This document shows, piece after piece, positions 1 through 10,990 of a stretch of 28,557 nt of DNA. Every line of letters begins with the position of its first letter. Position 1 is the stretch's first letter. The position numbers and the translations under genes are program-made. Location: NCBI RefSeq assembly GCF_000485595.1, contig NW_014577068.1:1542130-1570686 (forward strand). Reading direction: 5' to 3'. The DNA comes from Priapulus caudatus. Its lineage: Eukaryota. Below the pieces are notes generated by a model that saw nothing but the letters and a program-made list of their open reading frames with translations, ran no database searches and was not told the DNA's origin.

Positions 1-107
1 TGTGTGCGCGCGCATTTGCATGTATATATAGAGAGACAAATGTTCATCTGTACCCATATATTAATGAAAACATGCAAGACAATGTTAAGCTAAGATGCAA
101 TTCCTAC

Positions 108-190
108 CGTTTCATTTCTGCAAGCTTTGCCCGGAGTGCGAGATGAAAAAGCATGCTCTTGAACCTACTGCCTCTCACACCTTGCAGCAC
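108..190 (-). CDS. ACSL1: ACSL exon (83 nt): [27 protein letters not shown](R)
   Basis: Acceptor TTCGTAG|GTG, donor CG|GTAGGA. Fits the ACSL segment that follows RIYDK. Confidence 0.88.
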
Positions 191-3100
191 CTACGAATGA
201 GTATAAGGAATACCGAGTAAATATAAACCTGCTTTCATTTCTGTCCATATGCTGATTTTTTCACTTTCATTGCTGCATGAAAATGGTTGCAAATATGTGA
301 AAAACCTCTCCGATTTTCACAATTTCAATTTAACACAATTGTAATAAAATAACATGAATAATTACACATGATGATAGATGTGGATGTGGATGTGCGTGCG
401 TGAGTGAAGTAACTAATGTTTACTCCTGATATAACACATGTGCACGATAAAGCTATCCTCAATAATAATATCCATCTTGCAGTATTGGCATGTGCTACCT
501 TATCGTAAATTCTGTTGAGAAGGCGTGGCACAACAGGGAATATTGTAGGTCTTAACTCTTTGACATCATCCAGCAAGCACTTGATGTCTCCCCTATAGAA
601 TCCAATGCAGCCTCCTATGCTGTACACACAGCACTGGAGCAAAAGACAAGTCAGAATACTTGTTCATCATACCATTTTCACTACAGACTTAATCCATTAT
701 TTATAATCGCTGTTTGAAATAGGAAATTATTCTTTACTGCTTTGTGTTTAGATAGTTGTGCCTTAAATATGATATGCTGATTTAAATAGATAACATCAGA
801 ACTAAGTGAAGCCATAGTTTACAATAGGTTGTTGATAAAATTAACCACATGAACAAAGTATTGCTCACCTGCACAATTCTCTCAAGCATGTGGGCCAATG
901 GAAGATATGATATCATTACTTCACGACACTCCGTTATGAGGGAGCCCTAAAACATAAACAAGAGACACTATGTGTTCTATGTTATGGAATCAATCCTTAA
1001 GAACTGCAGGTTCTACCTCTTAACATTTTATGGTGTAAATGATGACACTGTCAGAAATGAGTAAAAACTCAAGGAAAATACGTTTATCGTTAAGTATATC
1101 GATACTGGGGAAAAAAACTTCAACATAAACTTCCCCAGCAGGTTGTTGTAGGTACCAATCTTGTGGCAAGGGCTGCTACGTACCAGATGCAGGAGGCATG
1201 CTGCTGAACAGGAAACAACATTCTCATGTGTCAACATGACACCCTTTGGTGTCCCGGTGGTTCCACTCGTGTAACAAACGGTTGCCAAGTCTTGGGGCTT
1301 GCATGGCTGAAGACAGAACAGCACGTAAACGAGAGCCTGTATCTATCACAAAACAACTTAAAAAACAAATTAATGTAATCAGAACATTCCGTTAATTATA
1401 TCTCTATGGTATGAATGTAAAACAAGCTCAGCATGCATGGCTGGTTAAACTGACAAAAATTCCCAGCATTGAGGGATGTGATAAAGCTCTCGTTTGAATG
1501 CAAAATGGAGACTTTAATCTAATCATCTGAAGCCTAATGTGTAAAAAATACCGTTACCCCAAGAATTTGTCTACATATTGCACAATATCCTGACAAATTT
1601 CCACTTTATTGTCAGGACACTGTAAACGATCTGTAACTTTGCAAGACGTAATTGCTATCTGCCAGCTGTCAGCTGCTGTTGTAAACTAGGCCACGCATGT
1701 TAAAATCACGTCAGAACTATTTCAACATAAGTGTAATAATAATCGCAATTAAATTTGCGCAACACTGATTGCATCATTGAGTTGCCAGATGCGAACACAC
1801 ACAAACACACACGCGCGCACGCACACACGCACGCACGCACGCACGCACACACGCACACACACACACACAGAATTCGATGAGTGAGCATGGAGGCACACGC
1901 ACCACGGGGCTGTGTTGCTTCTCGCGGCCGATCTGCTGCAGCTCAGTGAAGCTGAGCAACTCCACCTGCGCACGCTTGGCTTTCTCGGCGAGCGCTGGCA
2001 ACACAGTGCACATGAGCACAATGCGCTGGAGGGAGCGCGTCTGCTTAGCATCCCTGATCAGCCGCTCAGCCTTCTGTTCTGTGTCGCAGATCACTGTGCC
2101 GATCTCAGCTGCAAGTCAACACACACACACACTCACACACGCTTTTTACCTATTTATTATCACATCGATTTATATATTTACTTATTTATGAAGTCATTCT
2201 CTGTCATTAATCCATTTACTTACTAATTAATTAATTTAATTATTTATTTATTTAGTCATTTCAAACAACACAACTTTTCATTACACAACATTGCGCTCCA
2301 TGCAGGCCCTGACACAAGCACGACATACACTCAGGTAAATGCAAACATTAGTGAAGTGATCAATTTACACACTGTACTAAGACAAGCCAGCCCTGTCAAA
2401 GTTAGCTGAATAAAGATGGCTCACCATAGAGTTTAATACCCTGTACAGACTGCAAAATTTGATATGGTATTAAACTGGTGCGTGCCTGGCGCGCACCAAA
2501 TGGTAGCATACAGACTGCATATTTGGTTCTACATTAAATGAGTCATCAGTTCTCAGTTCAGCTCGCTACGTCACCCCGCAGACAGCAATTGTACAATTAC
2601 GTGACCTAAATAAGGCTATGCGCATGCGTATTGCGACTTAGCACTGGGTCTGGCCCACGTGTTGCGTACAGACACAGCTTGGTGCGGGATAACTTATTCC
2701 GGGCCTGGCCCGCCTTCATTTACGGAGCCAAACTGGTGCGGGCCAGCGCGTATTTGGAGCGGGATAGCGTGCACCCACTCACACATTTGGTGCACGCCTG
2801 AACCGAACCAGTTTAATACCATATCAAATTTGCAGTCTGTACGGGGTATATATGTCATCTCCCATTATTATAATCTCACTTACAGTTAGTATCACATCTT
2901 ATCCTAGTAGTGCAGCTTCAAAACCTTAGTTACAGCTAATTGGCAGTCAGTAGATGCTGACAGACTACAAATTACAGACATTTTAAGACAAGTTCAACAA
3001 GTTAAGAGTAGCAGATGTTTTTAGAGAATACGAGGAATATGTTTGTGCGCATGTGGCAATCACAGTAATACGATTGCAGTTCTCCTTCTACACAAATTAG

Positions 3101-4120
3101 TACAAGAGAATCTTACAAAAACTATTGCAGTTATTTCCTAACTTGAGTGACAGACGAGCCAGTCGTGAAAATAGATGAGCAGCTGCCACCATGATAGGTC
3201 GATGCTTTGCATTGCTGACCAATTCAAGTGTCATTATAGTCTGCATTTATGTTACTATTTTCTTTTCACAAAAGCTTTAAATCGCTCAGTTGGGAAAATA
3301 TGGAAAACCGATTTTTGAAATAGTTGCCCTGCTACTGTTTGCTATAGGACAAACCTTGATCAATGATGAAACTGCAAGCATCTGGTCCCAAGGTATCATA
3401 CAATGGCACAATCACCATTGAGTACATATAGCAAGCTTGCTCTGTCACCACCCACTGCAAAACATTACACTCGTAGTTATTAAAACGAAGAGGCAATAGT
3501 AGAAGGAGATTTGCCTTGATATACATTAGTTCATAGAAATATAGTTATAGTCAAATAACTATTAAACAAGTTCCATAAAAAAGTTGATATGTAAACCTAA
3601 GGACCGAATTGATGATGCAATTGCAACTAGTATTATATTACCCTTCCATTATAAAGTTGTGAAATATTTGCGTAAAACAAAACAAAAACAGTGTAAAATA
3701 TTACCCAAACCAATAACTTCACTTATTGTAAAGCTTAGGGGTGAATCATAACAAATTGTCATTATTTGTCAATTTGTGTGCCAATTTGTCAATTATTTGT
3801 CATTATTTAACAATTTGTCATTATTCACCCTTGATATATATATATATATATATATAGGCTTTTAGATAAGAACCTCTATTCTGTTCTGCGAATACAGGCC
3901 AATGAATGTTGCTGGTCGCGGAGCTAGGCCTTTTTGTATCAGACCAGATCCAAGGTTTGTTGCATGTGTCAGAATCTGTAAGAGAAGCATGCGCATTAGA
4001 AACCCTAGTGGTTAGATAATTCTGTCACAAGCTAGATAGATAGTATTAAAATGTGACAAAACTGCATACCACGCCCACAAAATAACATACAACAAAACTT
4101 GTCGAATCAATGGGATTATA

Positions 4121-4152
<32 letters not shown>

Positions 4153-7100
4153 CACAGATAATATAAAGGTAATCTTTTTTACAAAATATATTTCAAGGCA
4201 ATAAATTTAACATATATCTAAATATCTTGCAACTGCTATTCCATGTCTTCATTTGTAAAACCTTGATTGCACGCAACAAATTGTAAGACATGCACACAAG
4301 CTTTCAATGTACAGGATCAAGCTAGTCTGACAAAGGTTTCTTACTATTCATTAACTAGTGCATTTAGTTCCACATTACATATTGGTAGCATGTTAAAAGT
4401 AATCATTATCAAACGTCATCAAATACTTTCACATTTGTAATCCATAGCACTGTTTAAGCAGTGCACAAATTTGACTAAAGAATCTTATACTGCCCCTCTC
4501 ATTTCGAATTTTGCAGTATCAATGTATAACCTCACATAATTCCAACAATGTTTTTTTCCCACTGGCCCACTTCCCACTAATGGCCACATCTCATCGAATA
4601 TGATTATAACCATGTATGGTTTTCAGTTTACATCTACTACATCAGTCTACATAATAAGATGTTTCAATTATAATAATTACTAATATCAACAATGTTTAAG
4701 TAGTGCAAAAATTTGATTAAAGAATCTTAAACTGCACCTCTCATTTCGAATTTTGCAGTATCTATGTATAACCTGACATCATTTCAACATGGTTTTCAGT
4801 TTACATCTACTACATCGGTCTACATAGCAAGTTTTAATCAACTCTTGCTAATATCTCTTACTAGATGTGTAGTCTGTAGTACGTGTATTTGTATGTCACT
4901 GGGAATGTCTCACATGTGGAATAGCAGCTCTTAATCACTCTAATAAACTATTGTTTAAATTAATGTACACGTCAATTCATGGAGAGCAATTGGCACGATT
5001 CAAAGGTCAGTATACATTATTAACCAGTGGCTAGCAATACCGGTAGCCAGTAATTTGTTCCATAATTTGTCATCAGTATGAAAGATATCGTGAAGCAGTC
5101 ACGGGAGTTGGGAAGAAGTGTCAGGTTATGTTTTTAGTACACTCTCAGGTATACATAATCTGTGACCTTGCTAATCTGGAAGTATCATGCAGGTATATTT
5201 CAATGCTAGGAGAAAACTTGAATTTGACATAAAAGACGTTCCATTATCAAAATTGTCATCACACTCATGATAACATCCTAGAGGTGACTTGAACAAAACT
5301 AGGTACGCATAATGTGTGAGCAAACAGCCAGAGTACTACACTTACACTCTGAGTGGCACTTTTGAATGCACGTCTGCATGTAGGGTAGGTACCGTTACTG
5401 TCTATGTCGTGTCAACTGTGTCGTGCAATTAATATATAAGTTAACTTTCGCATTTGTGCAGTCGGGACATGTAAATATTGACCTTCTGGCCTGACCTGCT
5501 TACCTACATGCAAAAAACCATGCCATGACAAAAAATGTCTTATTGCATTCTAACTGGGTAATGCCTGAAATCAATAACAATCAGCACATCAGGAATAATT
5601 TTATACAATGCTTTTTGGTACGTAGATAATACTAACTAGATGGCCATTTTCATTTTTGCCAAAAGGTGGGCGTGGCTCAAAAGTAGGTCGACTGGCGTGC
5701 TCCAAAATAGGACGTTCAAATCTCTCCCATAGGAGTAACAATTGTACGCAATTTGAAACATGTGGATCAAACGGTTCTCAAGTTATCATTGACCGTAGCC
5801 AAATGTTGAGGGACGGACGAGGCCCCATGGCAATAGTTTATCTTGACAATGTCAAGGTGAGCTAAAAATGTGACATTAGACTTCACACTATTCTTCAGCC
5901 AATGAGACACTGTAAGGTATTATTATAAGATAGGTAAATAGTAGAAAAACTGAGATTGATTTGTAAATTGTATTCAGTCTTGAGTAAACTATGCAATCAT
6001 TGATAGGTAACAAATCAGTCAGTTTACACATGAGCTAAGCAGGCCATTATAGGTTTTCATTTGGTCACACCCACTAGGTGTAACTCACACATAGGTGCAA
6101 AGACTACCGACTTGTTCCTGAGTGAGATTAGATGCTAATCTTATTTGTATAACCTAGTTTCATCAGGATATCTACACACTAAATTAATCACACAACATGT
6201 TTTGACATTACACTCCTACATGCACTTACAGTATGCAAACGTGCAAAAACTTAGCTGTGCTAATTGCATATTATATCTGTGCTAATTATATATTATTCAA
6301 TTATCTGCAAAGTATTCATACTAATATTTTTAAATTTAAAATTAAAGCTTCTGATGAGTGTCAAACAAGCACATAGAAAATATTGTACATACTCCATATT
6401 CATCCAATAACATCAACCATACATCATCCATCTCACTAAAGCTGTCTGTCTTTGTATTTAACAGACAAATCAGTGCATTAAAATATACACTTACTTCACT
6501 GTACGATAGCCATTTATAAGGACTATCTTTTTCTGCCCGGTAGCCATACGCTGGTCCATTTTCTGGAATGGAATAAAGAAATGCACACAACCACACTATG
6601 TTTACTTTTTTTACTTTACATCAGCACTAATGAATAGTCCAACCATTATTTATATATCCATTACATTAGCTATCCACATGAAGTAATCACAACTACCTTT
6701 AAGGTTTTTTATTTTTATCTATAAGCAAAGATGCAAATCGTATGAATATCAATAATTTACCAAATGTGAATGTGTTGAGCAATCTAACCATGTGAAACTG
6801 CTTCTTGCAGCAATTAAGAGAAATTTATAGCAGACCTTCACACACACAAATCAAGCAAATCTATACATCTTAAATTTTCATAGAAACAGTTTATAACAAA
6901 CTGGTGTGCGGAACAGATACTTTTAAATAAACAATTATGTTTTCCATTACACAGAGCATAAAAACTATACGCCAACTTACGTGAGACCCTCTCCCCTCTT
7001 TTAAAACACTCATGCAGAGTCTTTCCATCATCAAACAGGTAGCGTATAAGCTTCCCATCTCGACTGCAGAACCGTGAAATATTTGACCCATCCTGGAACA

Positions 7101-7432
7101 CCAATGATATATTAGAGAAGAAGTAACACACACTTTACATGAAAATATTTACAATATTGTTACTGAATGTATATCACTACTAAAAATGTATGCCTAAAAA
7201 CTAAAACTTGCCTACGAAACATTCTCTTGAGGATATATATAGAAGCACTAAAGTACTACTTAATAAATATCAATCTTACCGACATTTCTAATGACTGCCT
7301 ATTCAAATCAATCAGTGGAACGATTGGGCTTGGTCTGGTTGCAAGATACAATGCACTGGCAGCTGTAGCTGCACCAATCCCAACCAGTCCTGCAGTACCT
7401 CCAATATAGCTCGCATATTTTTCGAGATCCAT
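108..7432 (-). CDS. ACSL1: Long-chain-fatty-acid--CoA ligase (ACSL1/5/6 family), multi-exon, 3'-partial: join(7280-7432,6981-7092,6495-6562,3874-3975,3355-3454,1903-2108,1184-1306,869-946,499-633,108-190), continuing beyond the left edge
   Basis: The spliced translation contains the AMP-binding P-loop [11 protein letters not shown], the gate motif [19 protein letters not shown], and [17 protein letters not shown]. All introns are GT-AG and phases are consistent. An invertebrate gene would be co-orthologous to vertebrate ACSL1/5/6, so the symbol is approximate. Confidence 0.95.
499..633 (-). CDS. ACSL1: ACSL exon (135 nt): [45 protein letters not shown]
   Basis: Acceptor CTCCAG|TGC, donor AAG|GTAGCA, conserved GF..GDI..L.DD...L.PT.FP.VPRLLNR.YDK. 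Confidence 0.96.
869..946 (-). CDS. ACSL1: ACSL 78-nt gate exon: [26 protein letters not shown] (Y-gate type)
   Basis: Acceptor TTTTAG|GGC, donor CAG|GTGAGC, YLPLAH..ER motif. Confidence 0.95.
1184..1306 (-). CDS. ACSL1: ACSL exon (123 nt) with AMP-binding P-loop: [41 protein letters not shown]
   Basis: Acceptor CTTCAG|CCA, donor CTG|GTACGT, adenylate-forming enzyme signature. Confidence 0.96.
1795..1869. repeat. Compound (CA)n/(GCAC)n microsatellite
   Basis: Read directly from the sequence. A second (CA)n at about 2119-2140 flanks the other side of the 206-nt exon. Confidence 0.95.
1903..2108 (-). CDS. ACSL1: ACSL exon (206 nt): (A)[68 protein letters not shown]
   Basis: Acceptor TTGCAG|CT, donor GTG|GTGCGT. 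Phase 1 to 0 joins the flanking exons in frame. Confidence 0.88.
2439..2846. mobile_element. MITE with TA target-site duplication (Tc1/mariner-like by TSD), intronic
   Basis: TIR CCCTGTACAGACTGCAAAATTTGATATGGTATTAAACTGG matches the reverse complement of CCAGTTTAATACCATATCAAATTTGCAGTCTGTACGGGG, extending imperfectly to about 65 bp. TA at 2437-2438 and 2847-2848. Confidence 0.85.
3355..3454 (-). CDS. ACSL1: ACSL exon (100 nt): [33 protein letters not shown]
   Basis: Acceptor TTGCAG|TGG, donor [15 protein letters not shown] motif. Confidence 0.95.
3736..3833. mobile_element. About 100-bp miniature fold-back element with internal AATTTGTC repeats, followed by (TA)n
   Basis: TAGGGGTGAATCATAACAAATTG is inverted relative to CAATTTGTCATTATTCACCCTTG. 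No TSD is visible. Confidence 0.55.
3874..3975 (-). CDS. ACSL1: ACSL exon (102 nt): [34 protein letters not shown]
   Basis: Not in the ORF track; translated by hand. Acceptor CTTACAG|ATT, donor GAG|GTTCTT, GSGL..KG....FIG.YSQNR.E motif. Confidence 0.92.
4120..4155. repeat. (GCAC)n microsatellite
   Basis: Read directly from the sequence. Confidence 0.95.
4451..4830. repeat. Imperfect local tandem duplication (copies at about 4451-4660 and 4693-4830)
   Basis: Shared blocks TGTTTAAG..GTGCA.AAATTTGA.TAAAGAATCTTA, CTCTCATTTCGAATTTTGCAGTATC and ATGGTTTTCAGTTTACATCTACTACATC. Copy 1 has about 70 extra bp. Confidence 0.85.
5634..5868. mobile_element. Helentron-associated (HINE-like) non-autonomous element
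   Basis: Begins AACTAGA, contains a GGACGGACG microsatellite seed, and ends with hairpin CTTGACA-A-TGTCAAG followed by GTGAGCTAAAAA. This matches the layout I recall for mollusc-type HINEs; the classification is inference. Confidence 0.6.
6495..6562 (-). CDS. ACSL1: ACSL exon (68 nt): (Q)[22 protein letters not shown]
   Basis: Polypyrimidine tract plus CAG acceptor, donor GAA|GTAAGT, NGP..G.R....PY.W.SY motif. Confidence 0.92.
6981..7092 (-). CDS. ACSL1: ACSL exon (112 nt): [37 protein letters not shown]
   Basis: Acceptor TTCCAG|GAT, donor C|GTAAG, YLFDD-KTL-E-F-RG motif, phase 0 to 1. Confidence 0.92.
7280..7432 (-). CDS. ACSL1: ACSL coding exon with the proximal [54 protein letters not shown] (N-terminal membrane anchor)
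   Basis: ATG at 7432-7430, hydrophobic helix followed by ATRP...DLNRQS as in ACSL1/5/6, donor TCG|GTAAG at 7279. Acceptor TTTTAG lies just before 7446 with a CTAAT branch-point motif upstream. Confidence 0.9.
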
Positions 7433-7774
7433 AGTCAGAGATGAAACTAAAACGTATCAATCGATTAGTTCTGAATTCTAGCAAAACATTTCAAAGTTTT
7501 GTACACAATATTAAACCTACTAGAATGATGTAGATCTATAGCATGCGTGGTTGTCACTAACAACAACCTATGTACTCATGCACAGATGTGTTCTGATCGC
7601 TTGATTCGTTTCTGAGCCTTATCTTCAGATGGAGCAGAGCAGTTCAACTTCAAATCTAATTTTTATTCACATGCTTAAAGAGATTTCTCATTTCTTCTTG
7701 CAATTTCTACTGACACAAATACCTGTGAATACCTGTGCAGCACAGAAATAGTAGTTTTATGTAAGCTTGCTTAC

Positions 7775-7976
7775 CAGTGTTAGACAGCGAGTTACTTTCA
7801 ATGAAATCATGTAACTTTCTATCAAGCAATGAAATTATCAAAGGCCAGAATGTTTGCCAAAAGATCGGATAACAGTCATTTAAGGCCACTGAAAATACAT
7901 CCCATGCTTGGGGTAATACAACTAGGAACTGGAATATACGTGTACTAAGGAATGTAGGACAACGTGTTTCTATCAT
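7775..7976 (-). CDS. Candidate upstream coding exon for an N-terminally extended ACSL isoform
   Basis: ATG at 7976 preceded by in-frame TAA TAA. Open for 67 codons to a strong donor ACTG|GTAAGC (phase 1). Splicing to the acceptor at 7446 reads GTT TCA TCT CTG ACT ATG, in frame with MDLEKY. Confidence 0.5.
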
Positions 7977-8329
7977 TTATTATGTTCTCCAAATGCAACT
8001 AATTCAATTTAATTTACCTCCAAATTCTCACAGAGGTCTTTTTATTCCAAGATTAATTGCAACAGACTGCATACTCTGGGAATCTCGAATCTGATTGACA
8101 GAACCCCTTCACAACACCCGGCAACAAAAAACTAGAATACCAAACTACTACAAAAAACTTGAGCCAAAAAACAGAACTAAAAGACTGAAACCCTTGACAT
8201 GATATGACAGTGTTGCAAGAGAGCTACATTAAGCCTTCATTAAAGTATGACATTCTTTTTACTTCTTGACCTGTCTGGGAATGAAGCTTCATATCTCAGA
8301 TGTAAGAAACCCATATATAGCACACTAAC

Positions 8330-9350
8330 GGGTACATCACTAAGCTGGAGATACTTGTCTACAACCAGAGAGACCGGGTACAAGATGGCGTTGCGCAAAA
8401 GATGCGTCGTTCCCCGACCGCCGAGAGCGGTTAAGCCGCGCACTTCCGCAGGACTGTGCGCACGCGACCGCGGGGTGTTGTATGTAGCATCTCGCGCTGC
8501 CCACTATACGAATTCGCGCGCCGAAGGAGGGCGGGCGCGTGAATCCATATAGCGGGCAGCGTAACATCGCGCAGTTTTGGTCAGACGTACACGGCTTGGC
8601 TACGGCGGCCTTGGGGGGAGGGCATTTCCTGCTGCTGCTGCTTTGCTGCTCCAGGGCCGCGCTGCAGCAGGGACCAGTATTTGGTGCTGCTGCAGGAGCG
8701 CGCTGCAGTAGGGGCCAGTATTGCTTGCTGCTGCTGCTGCTTTGCTGCTGCATGGGCCAGTATTTCTTGCTGATGCTGCTTTGCTGCTGCATGGGCGCGC
8801 TGCAGCAGGGGCCAGTATGTACGTGTATATAACCTGCCACGTACGCAGCCAGGCGCCGCGGCGGCGGTTTTGGAGATAGAATCTAGACCGCGCCCGCCCA
8901 CGTGGAGCGCCATACGCGTCTTCGTTAAAACCTCTGTGATAGACATGACGCTATACTCGGCAGTAGCCCACGTCATCGCGTAACGGCCAATGAGCGAGCG
9001 CGTGGTCGCTGACTGACAGCATTTCTTGGGGTTTCTTGTAGGAGCCACTACGCATTACCCGTGAGGCGCACCACCCCCAAAAATGTTTAGGGGCCGTTTG
9101 GAGATGACCTCTAGGCGTCGATCGCGAAATGTCGGTTGGATTCCGCCCCGTTTTCGCGGAGTTCGTTTTTCAGAGACCTGTCTAAGTTATCTGTCTAAGT
9201 GGACAATAAGGGGGTGGCGTATTCGCTGTGGGGGCGCGGCTGCACCGCGCGCTGTGCGCTGCGCGCAACTACCGGGACCGCATGTCAATGACGTCATCAT
9301 GACGTCAGCCCCTGCTTACTGCACATGTACGCGGGCAATCAAATCGCTCT
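8330..9350. other. GC/CpG-rich island, probably transposon-derived, upstream of the ACSL coding exons
   Basis: Sharp rise in GC and CpG relative to the AT-rich flanks. Its ORFs are low-complexity with no recognisable domain. Termini are not resolved. Confidence 0.5.
8620..8820. repeat. CTG-rich minisatellite with units of about 40-55 bp marked by G(G/A)CCAGTAT
   Basis: The marker recurs at about 8672, 8713, 8755 and 8810, separated by (CTG)n and GCGCGCTGCAG blocks. Confidence 0.85.
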
Positions 9351-10229
9351 GACAGTTCACATGTGGCTCAAAATATGCTGTGTTACAAAAGTGTTTCAAA
9401 AGTTTCCAAAATAATTTTTGATATTTTTTTCTTAAACCATCACTATTCATTAGTTAGGATAACTATCTTTCAGGTCTCAGTGGACTAAAATCAGCTGCAT
9501 TCCTGGTACCTGTAAATTTTATGTTTTTGAGTCTAAATGGACATTAACGTATGTTAGGGATTTCACGTACGTTGACTTTTGACGGATTAGTGATGATGCT
9601 AATACTTACAACTAGGATATTTATCAAAAGGAACACGGTAATCATTGGAAAATTAGTTTATTATCAAGCATCACACATTATGAATACAGACAAAGTTTTC
9701 ACATGAATTATAAACCATGGTTTAGGCCAGTTTGGTGGGGTGGTACACTACACACAATTTGACAGAAAATTCAATGCACGTGAATACATGTTTGTAATGA
9801 CACTAAGGGAAAACTGTTCAGTGAATTTATTAAATGGACAGTTTTTTTACAGTTTAGAATGTTGTTTGTTAGGGTAGGCTGTTCACTTGCATGAATACAC
9901 AGGGAAATGCAGGCAGTTTAGGCAAAGAATGTGCCTAGTTTTTGCTTGTAACAAATCCATACTGAAAGTATAACATTTTTTAAACTGAAAACTAGAATAT
10001 CAAAAAACATATTTGAAATAAACTAATGGGAGTGATCCTGATGTTTCTTGATGAAAAAGAAAAGGGTTATTACATTTTTGTTGGGAGAGCATGCATTTTT
10101 GGATATACAAGTGTAACACATTAGCATAATTTGAGCCATGTACCGTTATATGAAGAAATGAGCATGTACGAAGGTGGCACATAGTGTTAGCCATCGAATA
10201 AAATTGAAAATGAAAAATCGGTAAAATTT

Positions 10230-10362
10230 TGCCTAAACCCTTGAGAGTATCCTTAAGTACTTTTCTAAGATTTCACCAAAAATAAGTACTAATAAGGGCC
10301 CTTATTTTATTTTTGGCAAAATAAGTACTTATAAGACTTTGGAAGACCCGCTACGAACCCTG
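10230..10362. mobile_element. Solo end of a hAT-like DNA transposon
   Basis: Ends in TACGAACCCTG (reverse complement CAGGGTTCGTA) with subterminal AAAATAAGTACT repeats. I found no partner TIR. Confidence 0.4.
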
Positions 10363-10876
10363 TAACGGGACTTAATGTATCCTCAAATTTTTACGTGATA
10401 ACATTGTTTTTCAATAGTTAAAAATCCAAAAAACCTGGGCGATTTGATATATTTATCACGACATTAAATGCTTGCTATGGGCCATGTATGAGTCACGAGT
10501 GTTTGTTCGCATCAAACGGAAATGCAAAATAGGAAGTATACCACAGCAATTTAACCATAAAAAGTGAACAGAATTACTTACAGTTCGTGAAAAAGTGGAC
10601 ATAATTTTTATACTTTTACTATTTACAGTGGCATTATCACTTTAATGATGGCTACATGAATCATTATTTATAATACTTTTCAACAGATACTAGACAATTA
10701 ATTGGCCAATAGCCTAGCGCTTACATATATAGAGGGTTAGCGAATTTTCAAATTACCCACAATGCAACGCTGCCGGCCATGACGGTTCCACAAACCAGTT
10801 CAGGCATGGTACAAGTACATTGAGCAACGCACTGTTTTCTGCTCATTTTATTCGCCTATTAAGCAAATCTATCACA

Positions 10877-10990
10877 ACGCCGCTCTCCTGCGGTGTTGTC
10901 AACTGCAGCAATCGGTATCAGAGAGAGCCACAGTTTTTTTAGGCTGCCTAGCTTGATCACAACACAAGGTAAAGTGACGAGAGACAAGAG
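10877..10990 (+). pseudogene. THAP zinc-finger N-terminus of a transposase (fragment)
   Basis: ACG (likely a mutated ATG) then PLSCGVVNCSNRYQRE, a frameshift, then HSFFRLPSLITTQGKVTRDK. This matches the THAP C-x4-C...F+RLP pattern and is truncated afterwards. Confidence 0.7.

Noticed and set aside
1706..2226. Several overlapping ORFs as separate genes
   Set aside because: They are alternative-frame or antisense shadows of the GC-rich ACSL exon, extended through microsatellites.
4490..4615. Candidate for the ACSL exon between SYSE and WVVTEQ
   Set aside because: It has no clean frame or splice sites and is part of a local duplication. The true exon is 3874-3975.
8247..9352. Long overlapping ORFs (89-166 aa) as protein-coding genes
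   Set aside because: They are explained by high GC and CTG repeats, and show no recognisable domain or supporting splice structure.
8240..9546. A single TTAA-flanked Kolobok element spanning the GC island
   Set aside because: TTAA occurs at both ends, but the terminal sequences match too weakly to call TIRs.
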